Shown here: one piece after another, positions 8,076 to 19,000 of the stretch
Layout of the letters: every line of letters starts with the position of its first letter
How positions within the stretch are numbered: the stretch's first letter is position 1
From: an uncultured Gammaproteobacteria bacterium
Lineage (GTDB): Bacteria > Pseudomonadota > Gammaproteobacteria > Pseudomonadales > Ketobacteraceae
Assembly (NCBI GenBank): GCA_913063125.1
Contig: CAJXZM010000046.1
Coordinates: 4,683-36,682 of the forward strand
Direction of reading: 5' to 3'
Length of the DNA stretch: 32,000 bases
Position numbers and translations under genes: made by a program
Notes under the pieces: generated by a model
The model's database searches: none
Seen by the model: only the letters and a program-made list of their open reading frames with translations
Told to the model about the DNA's origin: nothing

Positions 8076-11000
8076 ATGGATAAACTCTGGAAACAGATCA
8101 CCCCGTCAGACTATGCCTGGGAACGCGAGGCACTAGAATTCGCTAAGCAAATTTTACCGGATCATGATCCCTACCGTGCCTGGGCAAATTTTGAATTTAT
8201 TGCTCTTGATGGCTCCATCAATGAAATTGACCTGATGGTGCTGACCCCCAAAGGGCTATTTCTCATTGAAATCAAATCACATCCTGGGGTTATGCGTGGT
8301 GACGCAGGTACCTGGATATGGGAAAAGCCTACCGGCGGACGTAAGGTTTTTGATAGCCCGCGTATACTCACGGATCGAAAGGCGAAAAAGCTCGCTTCTC
8401 TATTACAGATACAACCCTCAGCAAAACGAAGTAAAGAGCGCATACCATTCCTCACTGCACATGTTTTCCTTTCAGCAGAGAACTTGGTTAATAAATTGGA
8501 TGGGCCTGCTCGTTTGAATGTTTGTACTCGTAAGAACTTCCTCCATGATATTACTCACATGGATGAAAACTGGCGCCATCGAAAAATGAATGCACCAATT
8601 GCCAAAATGCTATCCAGAGCCGTGGAAGAGGCGGGTATTAAAGAGTCTGTCCGTATGCGCAGGGTAGGGCTTTATGAATTAAAAGAGCTGCTGGATGAGG
8701 CTGATCACTTTCAAGAGTGGCAAGCCGTCCATACGGATTTAGGGATAGAACGTAAGGTGCGTATTTATCTAACTTATGGAAAGCCCGATGTTGAGGCACA
8801 ACGATTACAGAAGGCGGCTCAGCTGGAATTTCGTTTGCTGGAAGGAATAGAGCATCCAGGTATTCTTAAAGCGAAAGACTATCAAACTCACGATCACGGG
8901 CCCGCATTAGTCTATGAATATGACGCCAGTGCTACTCGACTGGATCATTTCCTATTACAAAGCAATGAAGTTAAACGCCTCGATACCCTGCAATCATTGA
9001 ACCTGTTGAGACAAATAGCAGAAGCAGTGCAATACGCCCATGGTCAAAAGCTCTATCACCGTGCGTTAAGTCCTCAAAGCATTTTGGTGAAACAGCTAAA
9101 TGACGACAAATACAGTATAAAAATAGCGAATTGGTCTACCGCTGAGCGAATATACGAAACAGAAACACAGCAAATTAGTGCGTTTAGCCACCTGAGTAGA
9201 ATGGTTCAGGAAGAGGCGAGCCCTTACATTGCCCTTGAGGCACATGCAAATGGTGAGGCGGATGGTGTCCATATGGACGTTTTCTCTCTCGGTGCGATTG
9301 CCTACCATTTATTTACCGGTAAAAAACCCGCAGAAAATGACTTAGATCTACAGGACAAACTAGGACGTGGTAATGGCCTGCAAATAACCGATGAAATAAA
9401 CGGTGCTAGCGAGATGCTGCAATATATGGTGCAGTATGCCACTCATCCCGATACCAGTAGTCGGCTTGGCTCGGTAGATGAATTTATTACCTGCCTGGAT
9501 GAGATTGAAGAAGAAATAACTCGCCCTGATACTCAACGCAATAGCGATCCGACTGAGGCGAATAAAGGGGATACCTTTGAAGGTGGCATAACCGTTAAAA
9601 AACGCTTGGGTAAAGGTGCCTGCTCTGTTGTGTTCTTAGTAGATCATCAGGGCCAGGAGAGAGTTCTCAAAATTGCTTCTGACCAAACGCACAATCGACG
9701 AATAATGCAGGAAGGTGAAACACTGGCCAAGTTCAGGCATCAAGCGATTGTTGCCTACCACAAAACTCTTGATATAGCGGGTCACACCTCATTGCTTATT
9801 GATTACACCAGTGAGGGTACTCTCGCCCAACGTATTCGCGAGTATGGTGCTGTGCAGCTTGAGTTGTTAGAACGTTTTGGAGATGACCTGTTAAGCGCAC
9901 TGGCACACGTTGAAGACAAATCTATTGTACACCGTGACTTAAAGCCTGAAAACATGGGGTTAACGTTGCAGGGTAGCCAACTTCACCTTGTATTGTTCGA
10001 TTTCTCACTTTCGAATGTAGGCTCCGATAATATTACTGCTGGTACAGTCGCCTACATGGATCCCTTTATTCGAGACGTCGGTAGACGCAGATGGGATGAT
10101 TTTGCAGAACGATTTTCTGCAGCCTTAACACTCTATGAAATGTCTGCCGGTGCGCTGCCCGGTTGGGCCTCAACTGTAGGCTTACCACTACAAATTGAAG
10201 GTGAGTTAGAAATAGACCGCACCGTATTTGACCCCACTATACGGGATCGAATGGTGGCTTTCTTTAAGAAAACCCTTGTAAGAGATGTACGAGAGCGTTT
10301 TGCCAATGTAGGGGATATGCTACGTGCATGGAGAGAAATTTTTCACGAAGCACGCAAAGATTCACAGCATCCTACGGTGCATGATGATGACAAAACCTGC
10401 CCAATCGCTGAAGCAAAGCTAGATACCCAAATTGGCCTGTTGAAACTGACACCGCAAGCGCTGGATACCTTAAGTCGTCGCAACATCAATACGGTTGCTG
10501 GTTTGATTAAGCTTAGTCGGAGTCGAGTGCGTGTCTGGACGGGAGTAGGAGTAAAAACCCGCACCGAATTATCGGATGTTATAGGCCAGCTGCAAAATGT
10601 ACTTGGAGTTGATCAACAAGCAAAAGTATTGGAAAAAAGTAATAACACAATCGTTAGTGTTGATCGTCTCTTCACTCTCTTGATGCCTAAAGTAACCAAG
10701 GCAACAGACCAAACAAAACTACGTTTTCTCAATGAATATCTTGGACGCTTAGACGAGAGTGCTCCTAAGGGTACTCATAATGTGCATTGGCCAACGACTG
10801 CCACGCTCAGTGCTCATATTGGTATTGAAACCTCAGAAGTGCGTGCGCTCACTAGCAAAGTACAAACACAATGGGGTAAAACAAAAGCAATTACCGAGTT
10901 ACGTGATGAAATAATCGAGCTGCTGGATGAAAATGGTGGTGTGATGACGGCTATTGAAATTGCAGACGCCGTTTTATTGCGCCGAGGCTCTGTACAAGAC

Positions 11001-12275
11001 AGCCCATTACGAGAACGCTGGGCCCATGCGGTTGTTCGTGTTGCCGTTGAAACTGAGCTTAGCAAACAAGAGCCACGGTGGATGTTACGCCGCTCTGGGA
11101 ACCGTTTTCTGATTGCTGATGATCGTAGTGCCATGGGAGAAGAGTTGGCAGATTATGCCAATGATTTAGGATACCTAGCGGGGGAGTGTGCCGAGCAGCA
11201 GCCTTTGTTGTCACCCATTAGGGCGCTAGAAAAAATTCGTGCCGTTCCTTCGCCAGATTCTTTTGTGGGCCTGAGTAATCACCGATTGTTGAGGCTTGCT
11301 GCCGCGGCTTCCCAAGATGCTGCCTTATCCAGCCGGGCGGAGTTCTACCCACGAAACATGAAAGCAGCTCTTGCCCTAGAGCTGGCTCAAGGCGCGCTAT
11401 TAGGTAGCAAAGCGCTGGGTATTGATGAAGTTAAATCCCGAGTGGCAGGCCGTTATCCAGCAGCAGAAACTCTACCAGGACGTCCACAACTGGATAACTT
11501 GGTTCAAGATTTAGATATTGGTTTTCAGTGGGATGGCAGCTATCAATTTCCGATGGGGAGTAATCGAGACAAAGGTGCCTATTGCTTGCCGATTGCAGGG
11601 TTAACCAACCTAGCTTCAACAAGCAAAACCCAGTATCACTTCACTAGCCACGGAGAACTCGACACCACTAGCGTAAAAGAGATCAAAGCGCTTAATCAGG
11701 AAATTAGCGCAGCAGTCAACTCAGCTCGTTTCTTAGCACTTACCGTAAGGCCACGGCAGTGGCTGCTGGCGAAGGAAAAGCTTTGTCGTGAGCACCCGCT
11801 AAAAAATATCAGTTTTGATGAGCTGTTGTTGCGCCACTTACATCAGCAGTGTGAATCTATGCCCAAACCACCGGACTGGAAAGTGGTACTTAAAGCTGAT
11901 GCAGCGGAGTCAAACTCTAAAAACTGGCAAAACCTACAACGCCTAGTACAACGGGTTTTACCTGCTATGGCAGATGAAATTAAAAATGCAGGCCAGCCTG
12001 TATTGCTGACTGAACCAGGATTAATCGCCCGTTATGAGTTGGTAAATACCTGGTTGAGTGACTTGCGCCAATACCTAATGAATGCCACTGAGGTGCATGG
12101 GCTGATTATGCTGATAGCGGCTGATGCGCAAAGTGCGTCAGCTGTGATTGATGGTGTCACCGTGCCCACAGGAGCAGGCAGTACAGAATTTGCACGCATA
12201 CCCAGTGTTTGGCTGGACGGTGGCCTTGAAGTATTGCAGTTAGATGATGGAAGAAAATCAGGAAGTAATCCATGA
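8076..12275 (+). CDS. pglW: PglW: BREX type 2 serine/threonine protein kinase (NERD nuclease-like N-terminus, degenerate kinase domain, intact kinase domain, HhH-like motif, long C-terminal region)
   Basis: NERD-like segment: GSINEIDLMVLTPKGLFLIEIKSHPG. First kinase-like domain, with catalytic residues replaced: LYHRALSPQSILV, KIANWSTAE, DVFSLGAIAYHLFTGKKP. Second domain, with intact motifs: GKGACSVVF, VLKIA, IVHRDLKPENMGL, LFDFSLS, GTVAYMDP. LTPQALDTLSRRNINTVAGLIKL resembles an RpoA-CTD-like helix-hairpin-helix. The position ahead of pglX matches type 2 BREX. Confidence 0.9.
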   Translation: MDKLWKQITPSDYAWEREALEFAKQILPDHDPYRAWANFEFIALDGSINEIDLMVLTPKGLFLIEIKSHPGVMRGDAGTWIWEKPTGGRKVFDSPRILTDRKAKKLASLLQIQPSAKRSKERIPFLTAHVFLSAENLVNKLDGPARLNVCTRKNFLHDITHMDENWRHRKMNAPIAKMLSRAVEEAGIKESVRMRRVGLYELKELLDEADHFQEWQAVHTDLGIERKVRIYLTYGKPDVEAQRLQKAAQLEFRLLEGIEHPGILKAKDYQTHDHGPALVYEYDASATRLDHFLLQSNEVKRLDTLQSLNLLRQIAEAVQYAHGQKLYHRALSPQSILVKQLNDDKYSIKIANWSTAERIYETETQQISAFSHLSRMVQEEASPYIALEAHANGEADGVHMDVFSLGAIAYHLFTGKKPAENDLDLQDKLGRGNGLQITDEINGASEMLQYMVQYATHPDTSSRLGSVDEFITCLDEIEEEITRPDTQRNSDPTEANKGDTFEGGITVKKRLGKGACSVVFLVDHQGQERVLKIASDQTHNRRIMQEGETLAKFRHQAIVAYHKTLDIAGHTSLLIDYTSEGTLAQRIREYGAVQLELLERFGDDLLSALAHVEDKSIVHRDLKPENMGLTLQGSQLHLVLFDFSLSNVGSDNITAGTVAYMDPFIRDVGRRRWDDFAERFSAALTLYEMSAGALPGWASTVGLPLQIEGELEIDRTVFDPTIRDRMVAFFKKTLVRDVRERFANVGDMLRAWREIFHEARKDSQHPTVHDDDKTCPIAEAKLDTQIGLLKLTPQALDTLSRRNINTVAGLIKLSRSRVRVWTGVGVKTRTELSDVIGQLQNVLGVDQQAKVLEKSNNTIVSVDRLFTLLMPKVTKATDQTKLRFLNEYLGRLDESAPKGTHNVHWPTTATLSAHIGIETSEVRALTSKVQTQWGKTKAITELRDEIIELLDENGGVMTAIEIADAVLLRRGSVQDSPLRERWAHAVVRVAVETELSKQEPRWMLRRSGNRFLIADDRSAMGEELADYANDLGYLAGECAEQQPLLSPIRALEKIRAVPSPDSFVGLSNHRLLRLAAAASQDAALSSRAEFYPRNMKAALALELAQGALLGSKALGIDEVKSRVAGRYPAAETLPGRPQLDNLVQDLDIGFQWDGSYQFPMGSNRDKGAYCLPIAGLTNLASTSKTQYHFTSHGELDTTSVKEIKALNQEISAAVNSARFLALTVRPRQWLLAKEKLCREHPLKNISFDELLLRHLHQQCESMPKPPDWKVVLKADAAESNSKNWQNLQRLVQRVLPAMADEIKNAGQPVLLTEPGLIARYELVNTWLSDLRQYLMNATEVHGLIMLIAADAQSASAVIDGVTVPTGAGSTEFARIPSVWLDGGLEVLQLDDGRKSGSNP

Positions 12276-15200
12276 TAAATCGAAGTGAACTATTAAAAGA
12301 CCTACAGCGTGAATTACCAAAAATTGAAAAGGATATTTTGGCTTATAGTGAGTCGCGTGAGGATTTAACTGCGCATTTGCAAGAAGAATACAAAAAGGCC
12401 AAAGATGCTGGGCGTACAGCAGAGCACTTTGTTTCCTGGCTAGAAGCACAAGTTACCCAAGCAGCAGTATCATGGGTATTGACCTGTGTGTTTGTTCGTT
12501 TTCTTGAAGATAATGGTTTGTTAGCAGAGCCTGTTTTGTCTGGGCCGGTGTCGAACCTGCACGGTGAAAAGCCCCTGCAGTATGCGAAAGAACGCATGGT
12601 GGCATATTTTAATGAAAATCCCACTCATGAAGAGCGTGAGTATTTATTTAGCCTGTTTGAACAGATAGAACAATTTCCGGTTATTGCTGAGCTACTGGAT
12701 CATCGCCATAACCCGCTTTGGCAGATTCCGGTTTCTGCTGATGGCGCTAAAAGCTTGATCGATTTTTTTCAGAAAATTGACGCTGAAAGTGGCGAAATTG
12801 TTCATGACTTTAACGATTCTGACTGGGATACCCGTTTTTTGGGAGACTTGTATCAGGACCTTTCTGAGTCAGTGCGCAAACGTTATGCGCTGCTGCAAAC
12901 GCCTGAATTTGTTGAGAGCTTTATCCTGGATTATACCCTGGATAAAGCCAAAGATACTTTTGGTTTAAAAGGCTTAAGGCTTATTGATCCTACCTGTGGC
13001 TCTGGTCACTTTTTGTTAACCACATTTGAACGGGTATTCGATGATTGGGTAAAGAGAGAGCCAGGTGAAAATAGTCGGGTATTGGCACAACGAGCGTTGG
13101 ATGTGGTGCATGGAGTGGACATTAACCCTTACGCTATTGCTATTTGTCGTTTTCGATTGTTGATTGCTGCGATGAAAGTCGCAGGTACTACAAAGATTAT
13201 AAACGCGCCGAATTTCCATTTTAATTTAGCTTGTGGTGATTCATTGCTGCATGGGAACCGTTTCGAGTGGCAAGGGCAAGGTTTGCAAGCAGAGTTGATT
13301 GATGAAGATCCAATAAATCATGCCTTGGAGGTAGAAGATAAGGATAAATTGCTGAAGATATTGGGGCAGCAGTATCATGCGGTTGTAGGCAATCCGCCAT
13401 ATATTGTTGTTAAGGATAAAGCTCTGAACCAAGCGTACCGAGATAGATACTCAACCTGCCATAGGCAGTATTCATTGGGCGTACCCTTTACTGAACGATT
13501 TTTTGATTTAACGATCCCTGCAGCTGATGGCTGTAAGTCTGGGTATATGGGGATGATCACTGCAAATAGTTTTATGAAAAGGGAATTTGGTACAAAACTT
13601 GTGCAGGAATATTTGGTTAGGAAAGATGTGACGCATGTGATTGATACTTCGGGTGCATACATACCAGGACATGGAACGCCAACAGTAATTATTTTTGCCA
13701 GAAATCGGCGTGCCAATAATGCAGTTCCCATCCGGTCTTTGTTAGGGAACCGTGCAGAGCCCTCAACACCTCATTTAGCGGAAAACGGTCGTGTTTGGAG
13801 TTCAATAATTAGTCTTCTTGAGCATCCAGGAAAAGAGAATGAATTTATTTCAGTGGAAGACAGACCTCGAGAAATTTATTCAACGCATCCTTGGTCTCTA
13901 AGCGGAGGGGGGGCATCGGCTGTTAAACAAATGTTGGAAGGGGAATCTCATTGTACTTTGGGAGAACTTGTTTCTGATGTGGGTTACTTAGCGGTAACAG
14001 GGGAGGATTCTGTCTTTATGCAAAGTCATTTTGTACTTGAGCGAAAGGGTATTCGCTGTTGGAAAAAAATGGCTTATGGAGAGGTTGTTAGGGATTGGGG
14101 GGTTGATTTCAATACGGCCTGTATTTGGCCTAATGATGATTCAGGTGTACCTATAGACTTAGGGGTTTTGACTGGTGTTCTCAACTTTATGTGGCCGTTT
14201 AAGGTTCCTTTAAGGAATAGAAAGGCCTTTGGAGTTCCAGTAGAAAAAAAGGGAATCCCATGGTGGCAGTTAAGAGAGATATATGGCCAACGTCTAGGTC
14301 GCAGAAATCTAATATTTTTTGCAGAGATAGCTAGTCATAATCATTTTTCGCTTGTCGAGGGAGGGACGTTAACTAACCAAACCGCACCAATTGTGGCTTT
14401 GTCCTCTAGTGCTGATAAGAATGACTATTTGGAGTTGGTTGGATATCTAAATAGTTCGGTTGTTGGATTCTATATGAAACAGGTGAGCCATCAAAAGCAA
14501 TTAACAGGCGGTGACGGAGTTCGTATTGAATTTATATCAAAAGTTCCATATCAGTTTTCATCGACAGCGATTAAGAAAATTCCAATTCCACCCGTCTATG
14601 GAAATATAAATTTTAAAGAAAGAATGCTGAAACTCTCAGCCGCAATTGACCAAATTCAATCTGAAATAGATCGAGAGGATGGTATTTCTTCTATAAATGA
14701 GTCTTTTAAAGTGGGGGTTTCAATCGATGTGCTATGGAAGGAAAAGCAGCGATTAAAACGTGACCTTCGAAAAAAACAGGTTCTACTACAAGAAGAGATT
14801 GATTGGGTTTGTTATTGGGGTTTTGGGTTATGTGATGAAAGCTTTCTTTCTGATGTCGAGCGCTGGTTGGGTGTCGGCCTGAGTGTGGGGCAGCGCCCCT
14901 TTGAAATTCAGTCGCAGCTTAATCAAGACGGATTTCTAGTTTCTTCTGATGTGCCTTCATTGTGGCCTGAAGAAATGAAAAACTTGTGGCGAAGGCGTAT
15001 AAATGCAATAGAGGATATTCGAGAAATAGGAGTTATTGAGAACCCTCACTACAAACGACGATGGATAGGTCGGCAAGGACTTTTTAATAAATCTTCTCGC
15101 TCTGACGAGTTAAAGCTGGCTTGCAAACAATGGATGCTAACTCGTATTGAAAACCAATATTTGAAGACTTTTAATCGCTTAATAACTTGCGCATCACTAG

Positions 15201-15997
15201 CTGATCGTATCCGTAAAGATGAGGAGTTTATAGAAATAGCTTCGTATTATACCGATAATGATATGTTCGATATTCAAAAGCTTATTTGCGAGCTTGTGAG
15301 AGATGACAATATACCTCAGATGGCCGCCGCCCGATTAAAGCCAAAAGCTCTACCAAAATTCAGGGCTTGGCTGGAGACTTGGGGTAGGCAGCGTCAAGAG
15401 GATGCCATTGATGTTGAGTTTGGGGTGGAGCAGCCTTTGTCTGAGCAGGATGCAGAAGATTCTGAAAAGCTAGCTGCTTTTGAAAGAGCTAAACTACAGG
15501 CTACGGAGAAGAAGGCACAGGATGTAGGTGATATACCTGTGCCACCAAAATATGCATCCAGCGACTTCCGAAAAGCTAGCTATTGGCCTCTACGGGGAAA
15601 GCTCGATGTGCCTAAAGAGCGATTCTTTAGTCTGCCCGGTTGTGAAAAAGATGGTGACGCTACCTTGGTAATTGGCTGGGCGGGTATGAACCATCTACAA
15701 CGAGCCCAATCTATTGCCGCCTGGTATCTCGACCGAAAGGAAGGCGAAGGTTGGGAGGCAGAAAAACTCATGCCTATGTTGGTAGCGTTGGATGAACTAA
15801 TTCCCTGGCTAAAGCAATGGCATAATGATGTTGACCCTGAATTCGGAGAACGTATGGGGGATTACTACGATGCCTTCTTAATGGAAGAGCTTCGTATGCT
15901 CAATGTTAGCCGTGATGAATTGTTGAGTTGGGAGCCTCCTGTGGCACCTAAGAAAAAACGCGCCACTAAAAAGAAAAAATCAGCCGTTGCCGAATAG
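12272..15997 (+). CDS. pglX: PglX: BREX N6-adenine DNA methyltransferase
   Basis: ATGA overlap with the pglW stop. SAM-binding motif LIDPTCGSGHFLL and catalytic motif VVGNPPYIV (NPPY). The 1241-aa size is typical of PglX. Confidence 0.92.
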   Translation: MINRSELLKDLQRELPKIEKDILAYSESREDLTAHLQEEYKKAKDAGRTAEHFVSWLEAQVTQAAVSWVLTCVFVRFLEDNGLLAEPVLSGPVSNLHGEKPLQYAKERMVAYFNENPTHEEREYLFSLFEQIEQFPVIAELLDHRHNPLWQIPVSADGAKSLIDFFQKIDAESGEIVHDFNDSDWDTRFLGDLYQDLSESVRKRYALLQTPEFVESFILDYTLDKAKDTFGLKGLRLIDPTCGSGHFLLTTFERVFDDWVKREPGENSRVLAQRALDVVHGVDINPYAIAICRFRLLIAAMKVAGTTKIINAPNFHFNLACGDSLLHGNRFEWQGQGLQAELIDEDPINHALEVEDKDKLLKILGQQYHAVVGNPPYIVVKDKALNQAYRDRYSTCHRQYSLGVPFTERFFDLTIPAADGCKSGYMGMITANSFMKREFGTKLVQEYLVRKDVTHVIDTSGAYIPGHGTPTVIIFARNRRANNAVPIRSLLGNRAEPSTPHLAENGRVWSSIISLLEHPGKENEFISVEDRPREIYSTHPWSLSGGGASAVKQMLEGESHCTLGELVSDVGYLAVTGEDSVFMQSHFVLERKGIRCWKKMAYGEVVRDWGVDFNTACIWPNDDSGVPIDLGVLTGVLNFMWPFKVPLRNRKAFGVPVEKKGIPWWQLREIYGQRLGRRNLIFFAEIASHNHFSLVEGGTLTNQTAPIVALSSSADKNDYLELVGYLNSSVVGFYMKQVSHQKQLTGGDGVRIEFISKVPYQFSSTAIKKIPIPPVYGNINFKERMLKLSAAIDQIQSEIDREDGISSINESFKVGVSIDVLWKEKQRLKRDLRKKQVLLQEEIDWVCYWGFGLCDESFLSDVERWLGVGLSVGQRPFEIQSQLNQDGFLVSSDVPSLWPEEMKNLWRRRINAIEDIREIGVIENPHYKRRWIGRQGLFNKSSRSDELKLACKQWMLTRIENQYLKTFNRLITCASLADRIRKDEEFIEIASYYTDNDMFDIQKLICELVRDDNIPQMAAARLKPKALPKFRAWLETWGRQRQEDAIDVEFGVEQPLSEQDAEDSEKLAAFERAKLQATEKKAQDVGDIPVPPKYASSDFRKASYWPLRGKLDVPKERFFSLPGCEKDGDATLVIGWAGMNHLQRAQSIAAWYLDRKEGEGWEAEKLMPMLVALDELIPWLKQWHNDVDPEFGERMGDYYDAFLMEELRMLNVSRDELLSWEPPVAPKKKRATKKKKSAVAE

Positions 15998-16009
15998 AGA
16001 AATAAAGCT

Positions 16010-19000
16010 ATGACATTAATTAAAGACCTGATTGAAATCCCAGAAAAGGTTCAGCGTGGTGATTTTGTTTTAAATCTCTCCAGCGGCCTGGCAGAAGAGG
16101 CGGTGAGTCAAACTCTGGGGCAGTATGTTGTTACACCTCAGTTGGCTAAATCTTTCGATGATGCCTTAAGCTTTATAAAAAACACGGTGGTTGGTGGGCA
16201 AAAGCGTCAGAAAGGGGCTTATCTGCATGGAAGCTTCGGTAGTGGTAAATCGCATTTTATGGCGGTGATGCATTTGCTGTTGCAGGGAAATACACAGGCT
16301 AGGGCAATTAACGAGTTGGCTCCCGTGGTGAGCAAAAACGATGATTGGTTACAGAAAACCAATATTCTGCTAGTGCCATACCACATGATCGGAGCCGCCA
16401 GTATTGAGGCAGGTATTTTGGGTGGGTATGCCAAGTATATTAAGAAGCTACACCCAGAGGCGCCAGTGCCCGGCTTTTATATGAGTAATCGCCTTTTTCA
16501 GGATGCCAAGCAACTGCGGGAGAATATGGGTGATGAGGCTTTTTTCAATACGCTAAATACTGGCGCAAGTGCAGCAGACGTTGATAATGGCTGGGGTGAC
16601 TTGGCGAGTGGTTGGGATGCCATTAGTTTTGACTCCGTATTAAACGAGCAATCTGGGTCTGAGGATAAAGACCGCCTTGTAGGTGATCTTGTAGGTACTT
16701 TCTACAGCTCAATGGTTGATATGGCCAATACAGAGTATGGAGGTTACGTCGATTTTGATGAGGGCCTGCGTATAATGACTGAGCACGCAAAGTCGCTGGG
16801 TTATGATGCGGTGATTCTTTTCCTTGATGAATTGATCCTCTGGTTAGCGAGCCACCTTTCAGATCAAAAATTCATTGCCGGGAATATTCAAAAGGTTGTG
16901 AAGTTGGTCGAACCCAGTGCACAGAGGGCCTTACCGATTGCTAGCTTCATAGCTCGTCAGCGCGACTTGAGAGAGTTTGTCGGTGATCAGTATACAGGTG
17001 CTGCACAAACGGCATTGAGTGATTCCCTTAAGTATTGGGAAGGGCGATTTCATACGATTACCCTGGAAGACAGAAACCTTCCGGTGATAGCCGAGCGCCG
17101 TCTGCTTAAGCCGATTAATGAGGCCGCGAAAAACCAAATTAATGATGCCTTTTCTTCAATGGATGCTCGGATGCGTGAGGATGTGCATAATATCCTGCTT
17201 ACCAATAAAGGGGATCGTGAGATGTTTCGCTCGTTATACCCTTTCAGCCCTGCGTTAGTGCAGGCGTTGGTGGCTTTGTCATCGGCGCTGCAACGTGAAC
17301 GTACCGCATTAAAGGTAATGTTAATGTTGCTAGTGGATCAACGGGAGACCTTGGAGTTAGGCAGCTGCATTCCGGTAGGCGACCTCTATGATGTGATTGG
17401 TTCAGAAGCAGAGCCATTCTCAGAAGCCATGCGCCTGCACTTTGATAATGCCAAAATCCTCTTTGAAAGAAAGTTGATTCCGCTGTTGGAAGAAGAGCAC
17501 CACGTTAGTTTTACAGCACTGGGTGAGCTTCCTGATACCGACACAGCCAAGCGTAGCTTTAATAATGATATGCGGTTAATTAAAACGCTACTACTCTCGG
17601 CACTGGTGCCAGAAGTGGAGTGTTTTAAACAGCTTACCGCGACTAAGTTAGCGGCGCTGAATCACGGCACCATTAAATCCCCCATCCCTGGTCGTGAAAC
17701 TCAAACTGTGCTGCAGAAATGTCGTAAGTGGGCAGGGCGTGTAGGTGAGATTAAGATCAGTGATGATAATAATCCAGTTATAGCGATTCAGCTTTCCGGA
17801 GTTGATACTGAGGCCATTTTAGAAGATGCCAAAGTACATGATAATGATGGTTCTCGGCGCAAGCTAGTTAAGGATCTTGTGTTCGAGGCCTTTGGCGTAA
17901 AAGATGAAAATCAGATGTTTTTAGAGCATCAGTTTGTCTGGCGGGGAACTCGCCGGAATGTAGAGCTGCTGTTTAGCAATATTCGTGAAATTTCTGACTT
18001 TACTACTTTTGAGGCGAGAGGGGATGATTGGAAAGTCATTATTGATTATCCGTTTGATAGTGATGGCCGTTCCCCTGCGGATGATAAAGCTCGCATCCAG
18101 GAGTATGAGGCTACCGGTGGTTCTGCTCGTACCCTGTGTTGGTTACCATACTTCCTTAGCCAAAACGCACAGCGCGATTTAGGCACACTAGTAACGCTGG
18201 AATATGTACTGAAGAATGATGAGCGATTTAATTCCTTCGGTAAACATTTGAGCCCTGTTGATCGCGGTCAAGCGAGAACGTTGCTTGATAATCAACGCAG
18301 TCAATTACGTCAACGTATTAAAGATTACTTAATGGGAGCGTACGGAGCTGCAGAACCTCTCCCTAATTCCTTGGATGATAGTGGTTCATTAGAGAGCCAG
18401 GTTATTTCCTTGGAGCAAGGGTTTAGTCCCAACCTTCCTATTGGTAGTGATTTGGGCAAGGCCTTCGAAAATCTATTGGGGCAAGCACTCAGTTTTCAAT
18501 ATTCGGCTCACCCGGAGTTTGAAAACTTAATTAAGACGGTTGACCTGGACAAGGTATTGGTTCAACTACGTCGTGCTATTCATGCCAGTAATGGCCGTAT
18601 TGATGTTGACAGCCCCTTGCGTCCGCTGATGAGATCGATTGCACAGCCGATGGGTTTGGGTGAAATGCACGAGCGCCATTTTATTTTTAAGGAAGATTGG
18701 CCCAAGCAATTGAGTCGTGAGCTGGCCAAGGACGAACAGGCGGGAGACCCTGTAACGGTTAAACGTTTACGTGCGGCAATCGATCAACCAACAGAAAAAG
18801 GCTTGCCGAACGCGCTGCAGAACTTGTTAATTATGGTGTTTGCTGAGCACGGCCAATATGCGTTTACCTTGCATGGGGGAGATTTCGAGGTTGTTTTAAA
18901 AGATATTCGTGATGATCTGGTGTTGGTAAAACAGGATTTGGCAGAGCCGTTAGTTTGGAAGGAGGGGATTGATAATGCAGGGGCTGTTTTTGGTGCTACA

